Below the pieces are notes generated by a model. It made no database searches and was not told the origin of the DNA. It worked only from the letters and a program-made list of their open reading frames with translations. Made by a program: the position numbers and the translations under genes. From the human T2T-CHM13v2.0 reference genome, Homo sapiens, in assembly GCF_009914755.1 (NCBI RefSeq), contig NC_060929.1: a stretch of DNA of 64,000 nucleotides; one strand, given 5' to 3'. Of the stretch, positions 44,923-59,540 are shown one piece after another. The first letter of the stretch is position 1, and each line of letters begins with the position of its first letter.

Positions 44923-46870
44923 AGGCTAATCATAGAAAAAAAACCTCTAGTTTTTTTAAAAATAGAATTTGGAAACTTATTTTTTCTCCCCAAAAGAATC
45001 AGCAGCACAGGGGAACTATGTCACAGTTTACCTCTTCCTGATTCAGAAATGTGTATGGTTTGCAGCTTTTAAAAACCATTTTTTTAAAACTAATAAATAG
45101 TGACTGAACCAATTTATGCAGTAAATAGACTAAAGTTCACAGGGCACGGATGAGTTTATCAAACTTCGTTATTTTATCTTGTCATTTATAACATCCATAT
45201 AAGCAACTAGCCATATAAGCAAAATTCATAGAACTACTAATGACTTAAGTGTACATCTGTTCTTGTCTCCATATATTCATGTAAGATGCACAACAAAAGA
45301 AACATCAGAAGTTTATAAAAATAAATCTGACTATATGCATCCTCATTTATTCCCTTTAGAACCTAGGTAAAAAATGTTGCGAAAACATGGGTAGTGGCGC
45401 ATACATTTTGTTATCCTTGAAATAGCCTAAGTAATGTTATTGAAGAACTAATGAACAGGTAACATATTGTAGAAAATTAGTCTTTCATTGTTTTCTTCTG
45501 TGAAGAATCTGTTGCTATGTACTGTATATTCAGCATTTATATTTGGTTTGTTTCATAGCTAATGAGGTATTTAGATATGAACAACTGAATACATATTGAA
45601 ATAGTGTGCTGGCTTTTGTAGTTTTGATAAAGACCATTGCAGGCAATGGAATTGTGCCAGAGAAATCTGATTTCTAGTACAAAAGGAATACTTAGCCAGG
45701 GCCTCAAGCTCAAGATACTTATTGAAAACATCCTCAATTGCAATAAAAACATTATAACATGAAAAAGAGTGATTTTTTGAACCGGTGATTTAAATGTATT
45801 GATCTGCTTTGAATTTTCAAGCAGCCAGAATTTTCTAGTTTAAATTGGCAGAGTTATAACAAAGGAGAGCCTCAAATATTAGACAATTGCAGTGCGGCTT
45901 TCTGGGCACAGGTGTCACTGCTCTGCCACCTATCACTATTCTTTTTCTGTTCAGTTTTTCTCTCAGGTGTTTGCTGGGAAATTAACACTGGAACTGACCC
46001 TTTTCTGGCAGTGAATGTAAGCTCTAGCTCCCCCATCTACTATAAAGAAATGTCTTCGAGATGTAGAAATAAGGAATATTCTGAAAATAAAAATTATACA
46101 GTAGTAAAGATAATTCAGAAAGAAAAAGCTACCTGTTAGAATTTCCAGTCTAAATGGCACAGGGTAGTTACGGAGAAAAGGGGATGGAGAAGGAGAAACT
46201 ATGACTAAAGATGAGAGGTATGAACGAGTTGTCAGGTTCCTATGGGCTTAAGCTAGGACAATCAGGCCCTAAACTCCAAATTTGGATAAAATATCTCTTT
46301 GCATTCTTCTTGGCCACCTGCATAGTCTGACACATACGTATGTACAGTTAGACTTGCAGGCTGCAGGAGTGCCCTGCATTGTTTTCTTTTAATTAGAAAT
46401 AAAAAGTATTAGTCTAAATGTGGTTCTGGTGCTGGTGCCCTGTATATATGTAACAATATAGGACCCCTCCAAATAGGTTTTGCTTCTGGTGAATCTTGGT
46501 CATTGGGTTAGTATATGACTGTCTATAATATTTTCCATTTGTATTATTATATTGGGGAAAACATTTTTTATCATTTTCTATTAAGAAAATGGAAAACTTA
46601 AATATGGTGTTAAAAATGGAAATATATGTGATATTTGCATTATTAAACCCCTTTGCAGATCTAAAGTCTCAGGGTTCCACTATTAGTGGTTAAAGTACTG
46701 AATAATGTCTGGGTCTATTTCCATCTGTAAAATAAGAATATTTGTCTCACGTGTCTGTCATGAATAGCAAATGAGAAAATGTATATAAAAGCACTTTGTA
46801 AATTGTAAAAGTAGTACAGATGTGAGCTTCTATTTGTTTAGAAGCATAAATGTGAATTATATACAGTTTG
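44923..46870 (+). other. AGGF1: AGGF1 3' UTR with several candidate poly(A) signals (end approximate)
   Basis: AU-rich; AATAAA near 45092, 45320, 45742, 46087, 46398; ATTAAA near 46642; CATAAA 46845 followed by a U/GU-rich tract. Confidence 0.6.
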
Positions 46871-47191
46871 AATTTTGCATAAATTTTTTGTGTCTAATTT
46901 TAAATATTTGTTTAATCACACTACACATTTTCTGAGTAGCGTTTAAGTATGTATTTTAAGTGGAGCTGCAAGTTCTGAATTTTAAGAAATCTAACATCTA
47001 ATATTTTTGCCAGAACATAAGCTGGCAAAGTTGAGAGCAGAAGAAACTTTCAACATTAGAGTAAAATAGAAATTTTTTCCAGTATTAAATAGAGGAAGCA
47101 CCCTTATCCTCAAAAAGAGGAACTTTTTTCTGCTTTTGAAACAAGTGTTACTTCTGATGTGTCATTTTTATCCTGCATTTATAGAACGTAA

Positions 47192-47556
<365 letters not shown>

Positions 47557-48699
47557 AAAAGATTATTTCTTAATTTGACATATTTTTAAAGAGCAGGCAA
47601 AGAAGATAGAAATCTCAAACAAGGGAAAGCAAGAGACGTTGGAGATTGCATACGAAGGCCATTCTGTAAAGTTGCAGGACAGAGGGATGTCCTTGGCAGG
47701 GGGCAAGAAAGCACTTGTGGACCCAAAACTCAAAGGCAGTCTCAGGAACAGTTGAAAGTATTTTCCCCACCATCTTGTTGTAAGTGTGCTTCTTTTATTA
47801 GGGCATAACTTATATTTCTGCTCTGAATCTTTGATTCAAACATTTCATTTTACTTTTTCAGCCTTTAAAGTGGAAATGGATTTTGATTCTTTAAAATGAG
47901 GCAGTGGTTACTTATATTTCTGTGTGTTTCAGGGCCCAGGCTATCTCTTCTGCTTTTCTGTTTTACTAATCTTAGTGTTGGCTTATGGCCTTGTAGTTGC
48001 AAAATGGCTTTTGAAATTTCAGACATCATATTCATACCTAAAGCAAGAAGAAAGAAGAAAGAGCAGAGTGTAGTGTTAGTTCTCTTTTTTTAGGAAAACA
48101 ACAGCTTACTCAGAAACTGACTTCTTAGGGTCATTAGCCAGAACCAGATAGCATGGCTACCCATAGAAGAGATGCTATAAAAGTGGGTAACAAGATGGTC
48201 ACATTTGGCTTAAGCCAGTCATGAACCATCACCTGCAGCTGAGAATGTTGCCGTTGGAATGAAATAGGTTCAGTGAACCAAGCAGAAGGGGGCAGTGGAT
48301 GTTGAATGGGCAGGTAGAGGTAACTGCCAGATAACGTACTTGTCCATCAGTGGGGACTACAGGGTTGCTTAAATTGTGATGCATCCCTACTATGTAATAC
48401 TTTCTGGCCATTGAAATGAATAAGATAGAACTGTGTATACCCTAGTGTAGAAGAATATCTCACAAAGCAGATTGTAGCAAAGTATATATGGCATAATCCC
48501 ATTTTTATTTTTAAATTACAAAGGTGTGTATTGAGTTGCTGATAACCCAGAGTGAGCAGACTTTCACATTTTATTATTTCTATATTTGAACTTTTAAAAA
48601 GTAAACAGGTGTGTGGTTAATGTGTATGTATATACACACTTGTGGTAAGAATTTACCCAGAAGTGGTTAAATTTGTGGTTAAGCCTTCATGGCTCAAAC

Positions 48700-49625
48700 C
48701 CAGGCATTTTTCTCACATATATACCCAGTTTCACTTACCATCTATAAACTCATGACTTCTAGGCTGTCTTAGGTTATTGATTCTGAGCTTATGACTTACA
48801 TATCCATCTCAGAGTCACTTTAAATGCAACTCCAAGACTAACTCCATAATCTTCTCCAAACCTAGTCTCTTCTAGTTTACTCTCTCCAGCTGGTAACACC
48901 ATCCATCCAGTTGTGTGAGCCAGAAGCCTGAGTCAGCCTCTGTTTCACAACCACTAGCTTTTCTCCCCTTTGTCTGTTTCCAATATATTAAATCAGTTCA
49001 CTGTTACCAGTCACCAAAATTATTCTGAGGGCTTCCTAACTGGTCTTCCTGCAGGCATTCTTTCCTCCATCTTCCACACTGCAGACAACTTCCATCTCAT
49101 CGTCTCCTGTTTGGCTTCCCATTACTTTGAGGCCATAAAACAAACTCCAGGCCCATAAAACCCTAAGGGATCTGGCCACTGCCAGCTTTCCTGGTCTCAT
49201 CTTTTGTCACTTTCCTACTTGTTCTCTGGGCCCTAGCATGCTGGCCCCTTTTTCAGTTTGTCAAACACAGCTGCCTTCTCTCATCACAGAGCCTCTTAAC
49301 ATTGTATTACATGTATGGAATGCTCTTCCTCCCCCATTTTACATAGTTAATTCTCACATAGTCTTCAGGTCTCTGCTGATTGAATCTTCAGGGATGCCTC
49401 CTTTGAAGCTCTGGACTAGATTAATTGCCTTTGATAAGTATTTTGAAAAACCATTTCTTTCATTTAGACCACTTAGCTTGGTTCACAGTTACATATTAGT
49501 GTGGTTAGTGTAATATTTCTCAGTTTCTCTAGATTGTTAAGTGCCATGTGAGCAGGACCTTGGGTATGCTTACTATTGCATCCGTAGAGCCTAGCACCAC
49601 ATCTGGTTTATACAACCATAGGCAC
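48700..49625 (+). mobile_element. L2 fragment
   Basis: Pyrimidine-rich L2 motifs cctaactggtcttcctg, tggaatgctcttcctcc, agagcctagcac. Confidence 0.6.
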
Positions 49626-50834
49626 TGAAGCACACAATGGGTAACTGCAAGTGGCTTGATGGAGTCTTATCAAGCTGTGACTGAAGAAACATGGGAACTG
49701 AGGCTACATAGAGGATCTACAACAATGGCTTTCAAACTATTTTGATGATGATCTACAATGTGAATACAATTTGTATTACAGTTCAGTACACGAGCATGTT
49801 CATAGCATATGTAACATAGATTTTGTATACCAGTACTTTGCCATAAGCTCATGTAATACACTCGTTTTCCACATCACTGATTGCATCCACTAAATTGCTT
49901 TCATAATGCACTAATGGGCTGTGTCCTACAATCAGATTTTCAAACCTTTTCAAAGAACCCATTGCATTGCCTTAGGAGCTGCAGCTGTGTGAGTCTATGT
50001 TTGTGTGATGAGGTGGGGAGAGTTTAGGATGCCAAACTGTGGTGACTCCAGTTCTCAGGCTCATTAACTACAATAGGTCTACATTCATCTGATTTGCAGT
50101 TCAAGCTTCCAGATAGGTTTGATTGCATAACAAAGAAGGGGTGAACAAAACCGAGCCTCTTACCTGTAGCCAAAACCGCATATTGTGTTGAGAAATTTAC
50201 ATAATTAAGAAATGAAGGATTTTATCTCTGAGACAATGAGGAATCCACTGAAGGATTTTAAGCAGGAAAGGAACCTCATTAGATTGCTTTATAGCAGAAT
50301 AACTATGGTTGATTGAAAGGCAGAGTGGTGACTGGAAATCTTGAGTGTAGGTTGACCTCTTTGAGAGTTTGTTCAAATATTTATTGAGCATCCACCAAAT
50401 GCTGTGCACATCTTGGAAGGCAGGAACCTTCTTTGTCTTATTCACTGCTCTGTCTTCAGCACCTAGCACAGGATTGGATGTTTGGGAGGTCCTCAATAAG
50501 CATTTGTTGGTGGAATGGATGGAATGCACATTTGTGTTGCATCTGGCACTGTGCTAGGCCCTTAACATACATTCTTTATTCTGGACACCATTTTATGAAT
50601 TAGAAAACTGAGGCTTAAGAGGTTTTTATTTTGCTCAAAGTCAAAAAGCCGGTGTGACAGAAGTGGCAGGGCTGAGGTTTCTATCTTGATTCTTTCCATC
50701 CCACAGGGATGATTAAGAGCACAGGCTGAAGAGTCTGACTGAGCTGAGTTTAAATTAAAATTCTACCACTTCCAAGCTGAGTGACCTTTAAAAATTTATT
50801 TGAACCTCTCTACCCAAGTGTCTTCTATGGAGTT

Positions 50835-51548
50835 TGTAACTGCCCATCGGGTTCGCCTTGCCTGCTGCCCAGATAAAGCCGATTTATCAAGACAGGGGAA
50901 TTGCAATAGAGAAAGAGTTTAATTCATGCAGAGCTGGCTAAGTGGGAGATGAGTTTTATTACTCAAATTGGTCTCCCTGAAAATGTGGAGACTGGGTTTT
51001 TTTTTTAAGGATAATTTGGCAGATGGGGGCTAGGATAGTGGGGAGTACTGATGGGTTTGGTCGGAGTTGAAATCATAGGGGGTCAAAGTGGGTTCTTCTT
51101 GCTGTCTTCTGTTCCTGGGTGAGCCAGGACTGGTTGAGCCAGATTATCAGTCTGGGTGGCTCCAGCTGGTGCATCAGAATGCAGGGTCTGAAAGATATCT
51201 CAACCACCAATCTTAGGTTTTACAATAGTGATTTTATCCCTAGGAGCAATTGGAGAGGTTCAAATCTTATGGCCTCTGGTTGCATAACTCCTAAACAATA
51301 ATTTCTAATCTTGAGGCTAATTTGTTAGTCTTACAAAGGCAGTCTGGTCCCCAAGCAAGAAGGGGGTTTATTTCAAGAATGGGTTGTTATCATCTTTGTT
51401 TTAAAGTTAAAATATAAACTAAGTTCCTCTAAAAGTTAGTTTGGTCTTTGCCGAGGAATGAACAAGGACAGCGTGGAGGATAGAAGCAAGACGGAGTCAG
51501 TTAGGTCAAATCTCTTTCACTGTCATAATTTTTGCAAAGGTGGTTTCA
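50835..51548 (-). mobile_element. LTR8-family ERV1 solo LTR inserted in a MIR
   Basis: Reverse complement starts TGAAACCACCTTTGCAAAAATTATGACAGTGAAAGAGAT and ends ...GGGCAGTTACA; 4-bp TSD AGTT. Confidence 0.88.
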
Positions 51549-52608
51549 AGTTTTGGTGAAGATTAAATGAGATAAGGTTTGTGTGGCACTGAGCACACTG
51601 TCTGGTGCATAATAAGCCTCCAAATATTAGTGATTATTAGCATTGTTATTATCCATGCTAGCAATACCAAGGACATGGTTGTAGGAGTAGAATCCCAGAG
51701 TAGAGATGGTGGTTATGGAAGTCAGGTAGGATGAGGAATGAGGCTAGCAAGTAGTGGATGGGTCATCCTCATTCCACAAGGCAATAGGAGATAGATGTGG
51801 ACAAGAAGACTGAGTCAGGAGCTGGCTTTCTAAGTGAATATTGGAGAATGAGGAGGAGATTGGTAGACAATAGTGAGAAAGGACAGAAGTTATTGTAGGT
51901 GACTCTCATCATCCTTAAAGGAGGAGGAATGGATTCTACATGACTTTGGAAATGGAGTCGTCTGGAGGAATGATAGGGAGATGTAGCCAGGCAACCCTGG
52001 CTCTCAGTACTCTATGGGAGCATGAGAGCTACAGGGAGAATTCCAAGAAGTAGATTTCCGGTCCCCATATGTAAAAATCTTTCAACAGCATACATTAATT
52101 CAGCAAATAGCCATGAAGCACGTAGCATAGGCCAGGCACTGTTCTAGGCACTAGGGATACAACAGTGAATAAAACAGTCAAGGCTCCCTGCCTTCATGGA
52201 GCTTACATTTATTTTTAGATAGGATTTGGCAGAATGTAAGGCCCAAGTAATACATGCAGGCCTTGATAGTTCCAGAGAGTATTAATCCAAAATAGTTTCT
52301 GTTCATTCCAAAGTCTTAAAGCCAACATTTTAAAGCAAAAATTTGGGTGGAGTGTGTGACGCGGGAAGGATTTGGGGCTTTTTTCTTAATGTTCTCAGAC
52401 TGTTTCTAAACCAGATCTATTTAGGGGAATCTTATAAACTGTGCTTTCAAAATCTTTTTAGTCATGTGTTTGAGAGTTCTGGGTATGTAGACAACAGACC
52501 TCATTGAGGCTGCAGCCCCTTGTTCAATTATGTATCTCCTCTACCTGAGAATAATAACTGCCTGCCCAGACATCTGGGTTCTATGGTTCTAAATCTGAAC
52601 ACTAAGTA

Positions 52609-52947
52609 CAGTCATGTATCACTTAACGATGGGGATATGTTCTGAGAAATGCCTTGGTGGTTATTTCGTCACTGTACAAACATCGTAGAGGTACTCACAC
52701 AAACCAAGATGGTACAGCCTACTGTACACCTAGGCTGTGTGGTATACTGATTGCTCCTAGGCTACAAACCTGTACAGCATTCTGTGGTCTGAATACTGTA
52801 GGCAATTCTAACACAGTTAAGTATTCGTATATCAAAACATACCTAAACATAGAAAAGGTACAGTAAAAATACAGTATGGTAATCTTACAGGACCACCATT
52901 GTATGTGTGGTATGTCATAGACTGAAATGTTATGTGGTGCGTGACTC
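52609..52947. mobile_element. Tigger3-like MITE
   Basis: TA+CAGTCATGTATCACTTAACGATGGGGATATGTTCTGAGAAATGC start; ...GTGACT end. Confidence 0.8.
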
Positions 52948-53106
52948 TACCAAAAAAAAATGAAACTGCATTATGCAGTTCATAACTATACAAAAAAAGA
53001 TGCAACAGGAATCAGGTCACTGGAAACTGGAAGTGATGGAAAACATGTAAATCAAAAAGTCTTTGGAGGGTGAAGAGCAAACAGATCAGAAAGTTAATGT
53101 GAATAG

Positions 53107-53447
<341 letters not shown>

Positions 53448-53703
53448 AAGAATGGCTTTTGGAAATTCTTCCTTTAAAAAACTCACTCTTCATCTATGTT
53501 AAAATTCTATGGTATTTCATTGCCCAGCATGTAGAATACAGGGAGAAGCTGGTGGAATATTATCAAATGTATTTAAACATGTGACAACGTTTTACTTAGC
53601 TTCCAATTACTAGTAGACTTCAGAGGGCAGAAGGTTGCCAGCTTATTCATCTGGTCATTACTTATCTTGACCAAAAGCCCACGAGAATATATACTGAAAG
53701 AAT

Positions 53704-56700
53704 AAAGCTTTCATTACCATTTAATGTTTTTCCTTAAAGCCTCATTTTAATACTGTGAAACCAGATTTCAGAGAATGTCATAATTAAGATTTTTATAAAA
53801 AGAAACCTTTAATACTATTTAAACATATAATGACTCCCAGTGCTACCTGAATTCATTCACATCATAAACCAACTAAAATGGGCTTTAATCTGTATGGTGA
53901 CCATGCTGCCTTTACTTAACCTTAATATACCACTATCAAGACCAATTTATGAGCCACACTAAAATAATTATCATTGTTTTATTATAATCTCACCTTATTA
54001 ACCAGAAATGTTAATCTGGTTAATCATCTACCATATTCACCAGACTGAATAATTGGCAGTTCTTTTAAAAAATCAAATTTATCCTGGAAAGAGGAGTATT
54101 TGCCAACTCAAGGATGTTTTAAAGAATGTGCTAGGGACTCGTGGCCACTCTAAAAGAGGAGTTCCAGAAATGTTGAAGCATTTTGGGAATAACTGTATAG
54201 TCTTCCAGGTCTTCTACTTTGAAGAGAGATGACTTAGATGGATAGATTTTTATATACCTTTGGGATTCCTCAGATTACTTTGTAGTCACAAGTCAGATTG
54301 AGTTTTGACTGGAGCAGGTCATTTGGCAACTATTTGATAGAAAAATATTTAATAGTATTTATCAGAAAGAGAATGTCTTGGCAGATCTCTGAGGCTTGTG
54401 TGTAGGTGTTCTCAGGAATCCTCCCAGGGAACCTGCTCTTGTGGGTTCCTTGGGAATGATTTCAGGTGAGCAGCAGGAGCCCTTAAGGCCGAAGAGACTG
54501 AAATGCATTAAGTAGGCTGGAGTCAGATGACGCGCCACAGTCACCATCTCCTGACAGTGGACAAGTCACTCTCTAGAACCTATTTTCCTAATCTATCAAA
54601 TGATGGAGTTGGACTGAACAAGGGCTGCATTTCTTTCTGGGATTTTCTGGAAATGGGGATTATATCCATGCTTTCGTTGGAGATTTTATTTTAACTAAGG
54701 ATGCTGAATGCTGAAGGAGAGGAATGTTGTCTACAAACAAAATTTTTTTATCATAAAAGTAATTCATACTTTGTGTAAAAAATTACAACAATGCAGAAGT
54801 GTATAAAGCAGAAAGTAAAAACCTCTTCCCTTAACTCAGCACTCAGGTTAATTGTTCTCTGTCTCCTGAACAGGACATTCAGGCTCGCACTAGCCATCTT
54901 TGAGGGAGTAGTTAAGATTCTAAATCCTTTCCTATGTTTTAATGGTTCTTACAATTGGTGAGATAGAAGAGTAACATTTGTGGAAGTCTTTTTTTTTCCT
55001 TCTAAAAAGGAAATTCAGATCATCTAGCCCAATTTATAAATCCATATGAAGAAGTTAAGTTCCAATACTTGAAAATAACTTAGAGTAATATAAAAATTGC
55101 AAAAGACAAAAGAAAATATATTAAAATGTTAATTAATAGCAGTTTTACAGAGGTGACAGGATTTTGGGGTGTTGTTTTTTTCTGTTCTTCTTCCTTGACT
55201 GAGGCAATACATTTTGTGTTACTTGTATAATAAAAAAGTAGATTTACATACCAGAATGGTTGATTGGCTTCAAACCAAACAGTCCAATAACTGACGCATT
55301 AAATCTTTATTGACTAAACAGCTTAAAAAATTACTACTATTTCCTTTTATTTGTTGTTGTGAATTTTACTCAGAATTAAAGATAAATGATTAGTAATTAC
55401 AGGAAAACTAACTTGTAAAAATCTTAAAGACATTGAATGGGTTAATGTACTGAGCAGCTACGGAATGCAAGGCACTGTAGGAGTAGGGTGAGTATACTCC
55501 CCACAAGGGCTCAGGGTCAGGCAGGGGAGGTGAGATAAAAACCCACAGCCATACACTAGCTGGCCTGTCCTGAGGGTTGTGAGGCACAAAATGCTAGGAG
55601 ACTAGAGAAGTAAGAAATGTCTTGACATGAGGAGAAATCAAGGAAAGCATGGTTTTAGAACATGTGTGGGATGTTTTTTGTATCGAGACTGAAGAGGCTT
55701 TTTAAAGTGGAGGGAAGGCAAACTGAGGCATAGAGATGCCAATACCAGGTCTTGTCAGGAAGAACAGAGTCCAATTTGGCTGCAGGATAGGGCATATGTA
55801 GGGGAGGGGATAAGACTGGCATGGGGGCAGAGGGGGACTTGAATGTCAGGTGACAGAGTCAAAGCTTGCACTCAAGTAGGTGATTGATAGGTGATCTTGG
55901 GGGCTTTTGAGCAGGAAGAGTGATAAATCAACATTGGCTTAGGACAATCCCTTTGGCTTTGGCGAAATTGTGACTCAGGTAAGGGACAGTTGGGGGAGAC
56001 AAGGATGGGAAGATGCATGATAAATGGGCCCTGAGCTTGGCAGGCAACAGGAAGGCAGTGCAATGTTTTGTAGAAATAGACTTAGCAGAGCAGGCGCCCA
56101 GCATTCAGCGAGACCACAGATTCTTAGCCACTGTATGACTTGAAGGTGATACTAACTCCCCTGAACCTGTCTCATCTACAAAATGGGCATAGTAGCACCT
56201 ATGTCATAGGGTTGCTTTATGGCAGGTAATTATTCTTGTAAAGCATTTAGCACAGCTCTGATGACACATGGGGAATGCTCAGTAAATATTAATGTCACTA
56301 ATTCCAGTCAATTCCATTAACTGGAATTAATTAGTTGGAGTTAGGAAGGAAACAGGTGTCAGCTGGGTCGACTGAAGGAAGCAGAGATCTCAGGAAGCAG
56401 TACATGGTGGTACAGTGGGAGCATGGCATCTGTGGGGGAGACTGTCTGCAGTGGGATCCCACCTCTATTGCTGGCCAGCTGTGATCTTGTACAGGATACT
56501 TAACCCCTTTCTAGCTCAGTTTCTTTAGCTGTAAAGCCAGCGCAATGTTACCATGGAGCTGGTATGTGAAAGCAATGCATGTTAAGTGTGTAGTATGTGC
56601 CTGATACATTGTTAGTGCCCAGTAAATGTTAGTTATCAGGTGAGGGGTGGGATGTGGGGTTGAGTAGATTTGCCTCGTCCACTCATAGAGGCAGGATGTG

Positions 56701-57585
56701 CAAGGAGGGGTGGAGACATGCAGCAAGGGATTGGGCATGAAGGTTTTCTCCAGGCCCGGGGAGAACACTCGGCCTGGAGATATTCAGGAGTCCCTGGCCC
56801 AGAGGAGATTACAACTCTGCAGGGATATGAGCCACGAGTGGAGTGTAGACATAGGCCTAAGGAAGCAATCAGACACTTCCAGAATAGAGGACATTTGCTA
56901 AGACAGCTGGCCTGGATGCTTCAAAAAGTATCATGGGAAAATATGTCGGGGTTGTTGTAGACTGAAAGTGACTAGAGTTGAAACCAAAAGAATGTATGAA
57001 CCTTGATGGGACCTGGTTGTTGTCGTTGTTTTTAAAGACAAACATTCTGGAGACAATTGTTGAATACTGATTAAGGGCTCTGTATTAGAGGCTATAAAGA
57101 AGTTACTGTTTATATTTTTAGGCATGATCATCTTAATGTAATCATGTAGAACGGTGTCTTTGTGCTCAGGAAATCTATGTGGTAATACTCAGGGGTCGAA
57201 ATGTCATTCTATGTACACATGCATGGGGTGGAGAGAATAGTAAATCTGGCAAAATGTTAACAACTATTCAATCCAAGTGGAGAGTATGTATCTGAGTATT
57301 CATTGTGCTAGCCTTTCAACTTTTTCTGGATATGTGGAATTTTTCAATATAAAAAAATAAGAAAAAAAAGAGGCCTATGGAAAAACTGGGAACCAGTATG
57401 CAACAGGAAAAGGAATTCTTTGAAGGAAAAACAGGATCCACCTACCAAGAGAGCAATTTCAAGGGAGAGATTAAGCAAAATGAAGGCTGCAAATAGATCA
57501 TCATATTTGGTCACTGGGAGATTGTGGCAGCTTGGAAATAGTCCGGTGAAGCATAGAAAACTGACATGCACCCTAGAACTTAAAG

Positions 57586-57639
<54 letters not shown>

Positions 57640-58805
57640 GTATATGTATATATGTATATATATATGTATATATGTATATATATATATAATATATACACAC
57701 ATAAAGAAAAAAAGAAAAGAAAACTGACCCAGAGTGAGGGAGTAAAAACTGGGGAGGAAGGATAGGCAGCCAGGACTTGTTGGCCCTTCTGGGTTAAGTC
57801 TTTCTTTTCAGTAAGAAAGGGAGACTGCACATTGCTGAGGAAGAAGAGCCTGGGGGAAAGGGAGGGACTGAGACAGCGAAAGGGGGAATACTACAGGAGG
57901 AAAGACCCAGTAAACGTGGGAGAGGAATGGGATGGAAAATGACAGGTAGATGTGGCCTTAAGCGGAGGGATGCTTTCCCCTTCAGCCCAGAGGTGAGCAC
58001 TATGACGACATGTGGGGAAGAAGCCCTCTTCCTAGTGACAAGGGGATGAGGTGATGTCTTGCTAAGGTGGCAGATGTGAGGCCTGAAAGTGGACATATGT
58101 GCCACACTTGTCATTAGGTCTGAAGCAAGGGAAGGATGGCCGAGGGGAGACAGAGTGCACCTGGTATTGGTTGAATAATATGGGCAGTAAAAAAGCGGGC
58201 TCTGGGACTGCCCCGATGAGGGCTAGAGATGATGCGGGTCTACAGCAGTCATGGAAACTAGAGGGGACGTCCCTCACCCACCCTTCAGAACTTGGTGTTG
58301 GGCAGATTATGCATTAGGAACTCTTTTTTTTTTTTTTTGGGTAAAAAGCTTTCTCATTTCCACGCACCCTCCACCTTGGGCTGCTGGGTGTATAGGCACA
58401 TGGTGTGATAAGTCTTTGGTATGGAATGAAGCTCTATCCTTTCAAAGTCACCAGGTTCGGGTTCCCAGCCCTAAGTGGCCATGGCACTGGGTGGTCTGGG
58501 TTCACGGGGCTCCTGGAGCTCTCGGGTGTCCCGTGTGCCACCCCAATTCCTTGCGTGCATGCCCACGAAAGGCCGCCCAGGCACCCCCGGTGACCCCATG
58601 GAAGTGAGTTTTGGTTCTGCTCTGGCTTCGAAGTGCTTCTCAAGCTGAAGCCTTAGAGTGTGGAAGATCCTACAGTTAGCTGGAGCTTCCGAGTGAGTAG
58701 CGGCTGCGGGCCTGGCTTCGGTTACGGCTTCGGTCCCAGCGGGGTCTGAAGGCATTGGCATTGGACGGAGAAGCGCTGTCCTGGGGTGGGGAAGTGGCCA
58801 CACCC
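53704..58805 (-). other. ZBED3: Probable long ZBED3 3' UTR (extent uncertain)
   Basis: Minus-strand poly(A) signal candidates: AATAAA near 55306 and 55346, 53977; ATTAAA 53720-53725. Confidence 0.4.
57566..57717 (+). mobile_element. Extremely truncated L1PA 3' end with (TA)n/(TATG)n microsatellite tail
   Basis: ATGCACCCTAGAACTTAAAGTAT matches the L1PA terminus; TSD AGAAAACTGAC at 57555-57565 and 57718-57728. Confidence 0.8.
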
Positions 58806-59540
58806 CTACAGGAGGACCTTTGTGATGACGCAGCCGTCCCTGTCACCCTCGGGGTCGTCCTTGAGCGGCGGCGGCGCAGCGGGGGCCCAGCCCAGGGCGC
58901 CCTCACGGCGGCTCACATCCCGCAGCCGCGCCTGCAGCGCCTCCCGCTCGGCCTGCAGTTCCCGGCGCGCCTGGGCCGCGGCGCGCTCTTCCTCCTGCAG
59001 CGCCCTCCGCCTCCGCTCCAGGGCGCGCTCGCCCTGCTCCACGGCCAGCTCGCGCCGCTCCAGCTCCCGCTCCCGCCGGCTGCCGCGCACGGCCAGCGCG
59101 CCCATCTGTTCCAGCAGGCGCGCCCAGTCGCCCTCGGGGGCCGCAGCGGGGCCGGGCGGCGGCGGGCAGGGCGCGGCAGGTGGGGAGCTCCCGGCGCCGC
59201 TGCTCTCCAGCTCCCGCCGGTGCGCGCTCCTCAGGTGCCTCCACAACGCCGAGGTCCCCGCGTGGAAGCCCGGGCCGCGGCCCACCTGCTCCCCGCACAG
59301 ACGGCAGGTGGCCCAGTGGCCCGACGGATGCCCGGGGCGCCCCGGCGCCAGGTGGAAGTAGCCCCAGGCCTCGGAGTATGGCGCCCCCAGGCGGCCGGGA
59401 GGCGTCGGCGTCGGCGCCGGCCCCAGTCCCGGACACTGACCGCCCCGCGCCGCCGCGTCGTCCAGCCCGCGGGCCTGGTCCATGGTGCAGGCCGGCTCGC
59501 CACTCCTCATTCTGCGGCGCCCGCACGCTGGGGAGCAGGG
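58480..59540. promoter_or_regulatory. Intragenic CpG island over the ZBED3 coding exon
   Basis: Very high GC and CpG density relative to AT-rich flanks. Confidence 0.8.
58806..59510 (-). CDS. ZBED3: ZBED3, BED-type zinc finger protein 3 (234 aa, single coding exon)
   Basis: ORF with BED finger (W-x-Y-F...C-x2-C...TSALWRHL-x3-H) followed by a coiled coil; acceptor ...ctccccAG|cgt at 59528/59527 with CTAAC branch site 59558-59562. Confidence 0.97.
   Translation of the reverse strand: MRSGEPACTMDQARGLDDAAARGGQCPGLGPAPTPTPPGRLGAPYSEAWGYFHLAPGRPGHPSGHWATCRLCGEQVGRGPGFHAGTSALWRHLRSAHRRELESSGAGSSPPAAPCPPPPGPAAAPEGDWARLLEQMGALAVRGSRRERELERRELAVEQGERALERRRRALQEEERAAAQARRELQAEREALQARLRDVSRREGALGWAPAAPPPLKDDPEGDRDGCVITKVLL

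Noticed and set aside
56300-56330. Small hairpin AATTCCAGT...ACTGGAATT
   Set aside because: A 9-bp stem is within chance expectation
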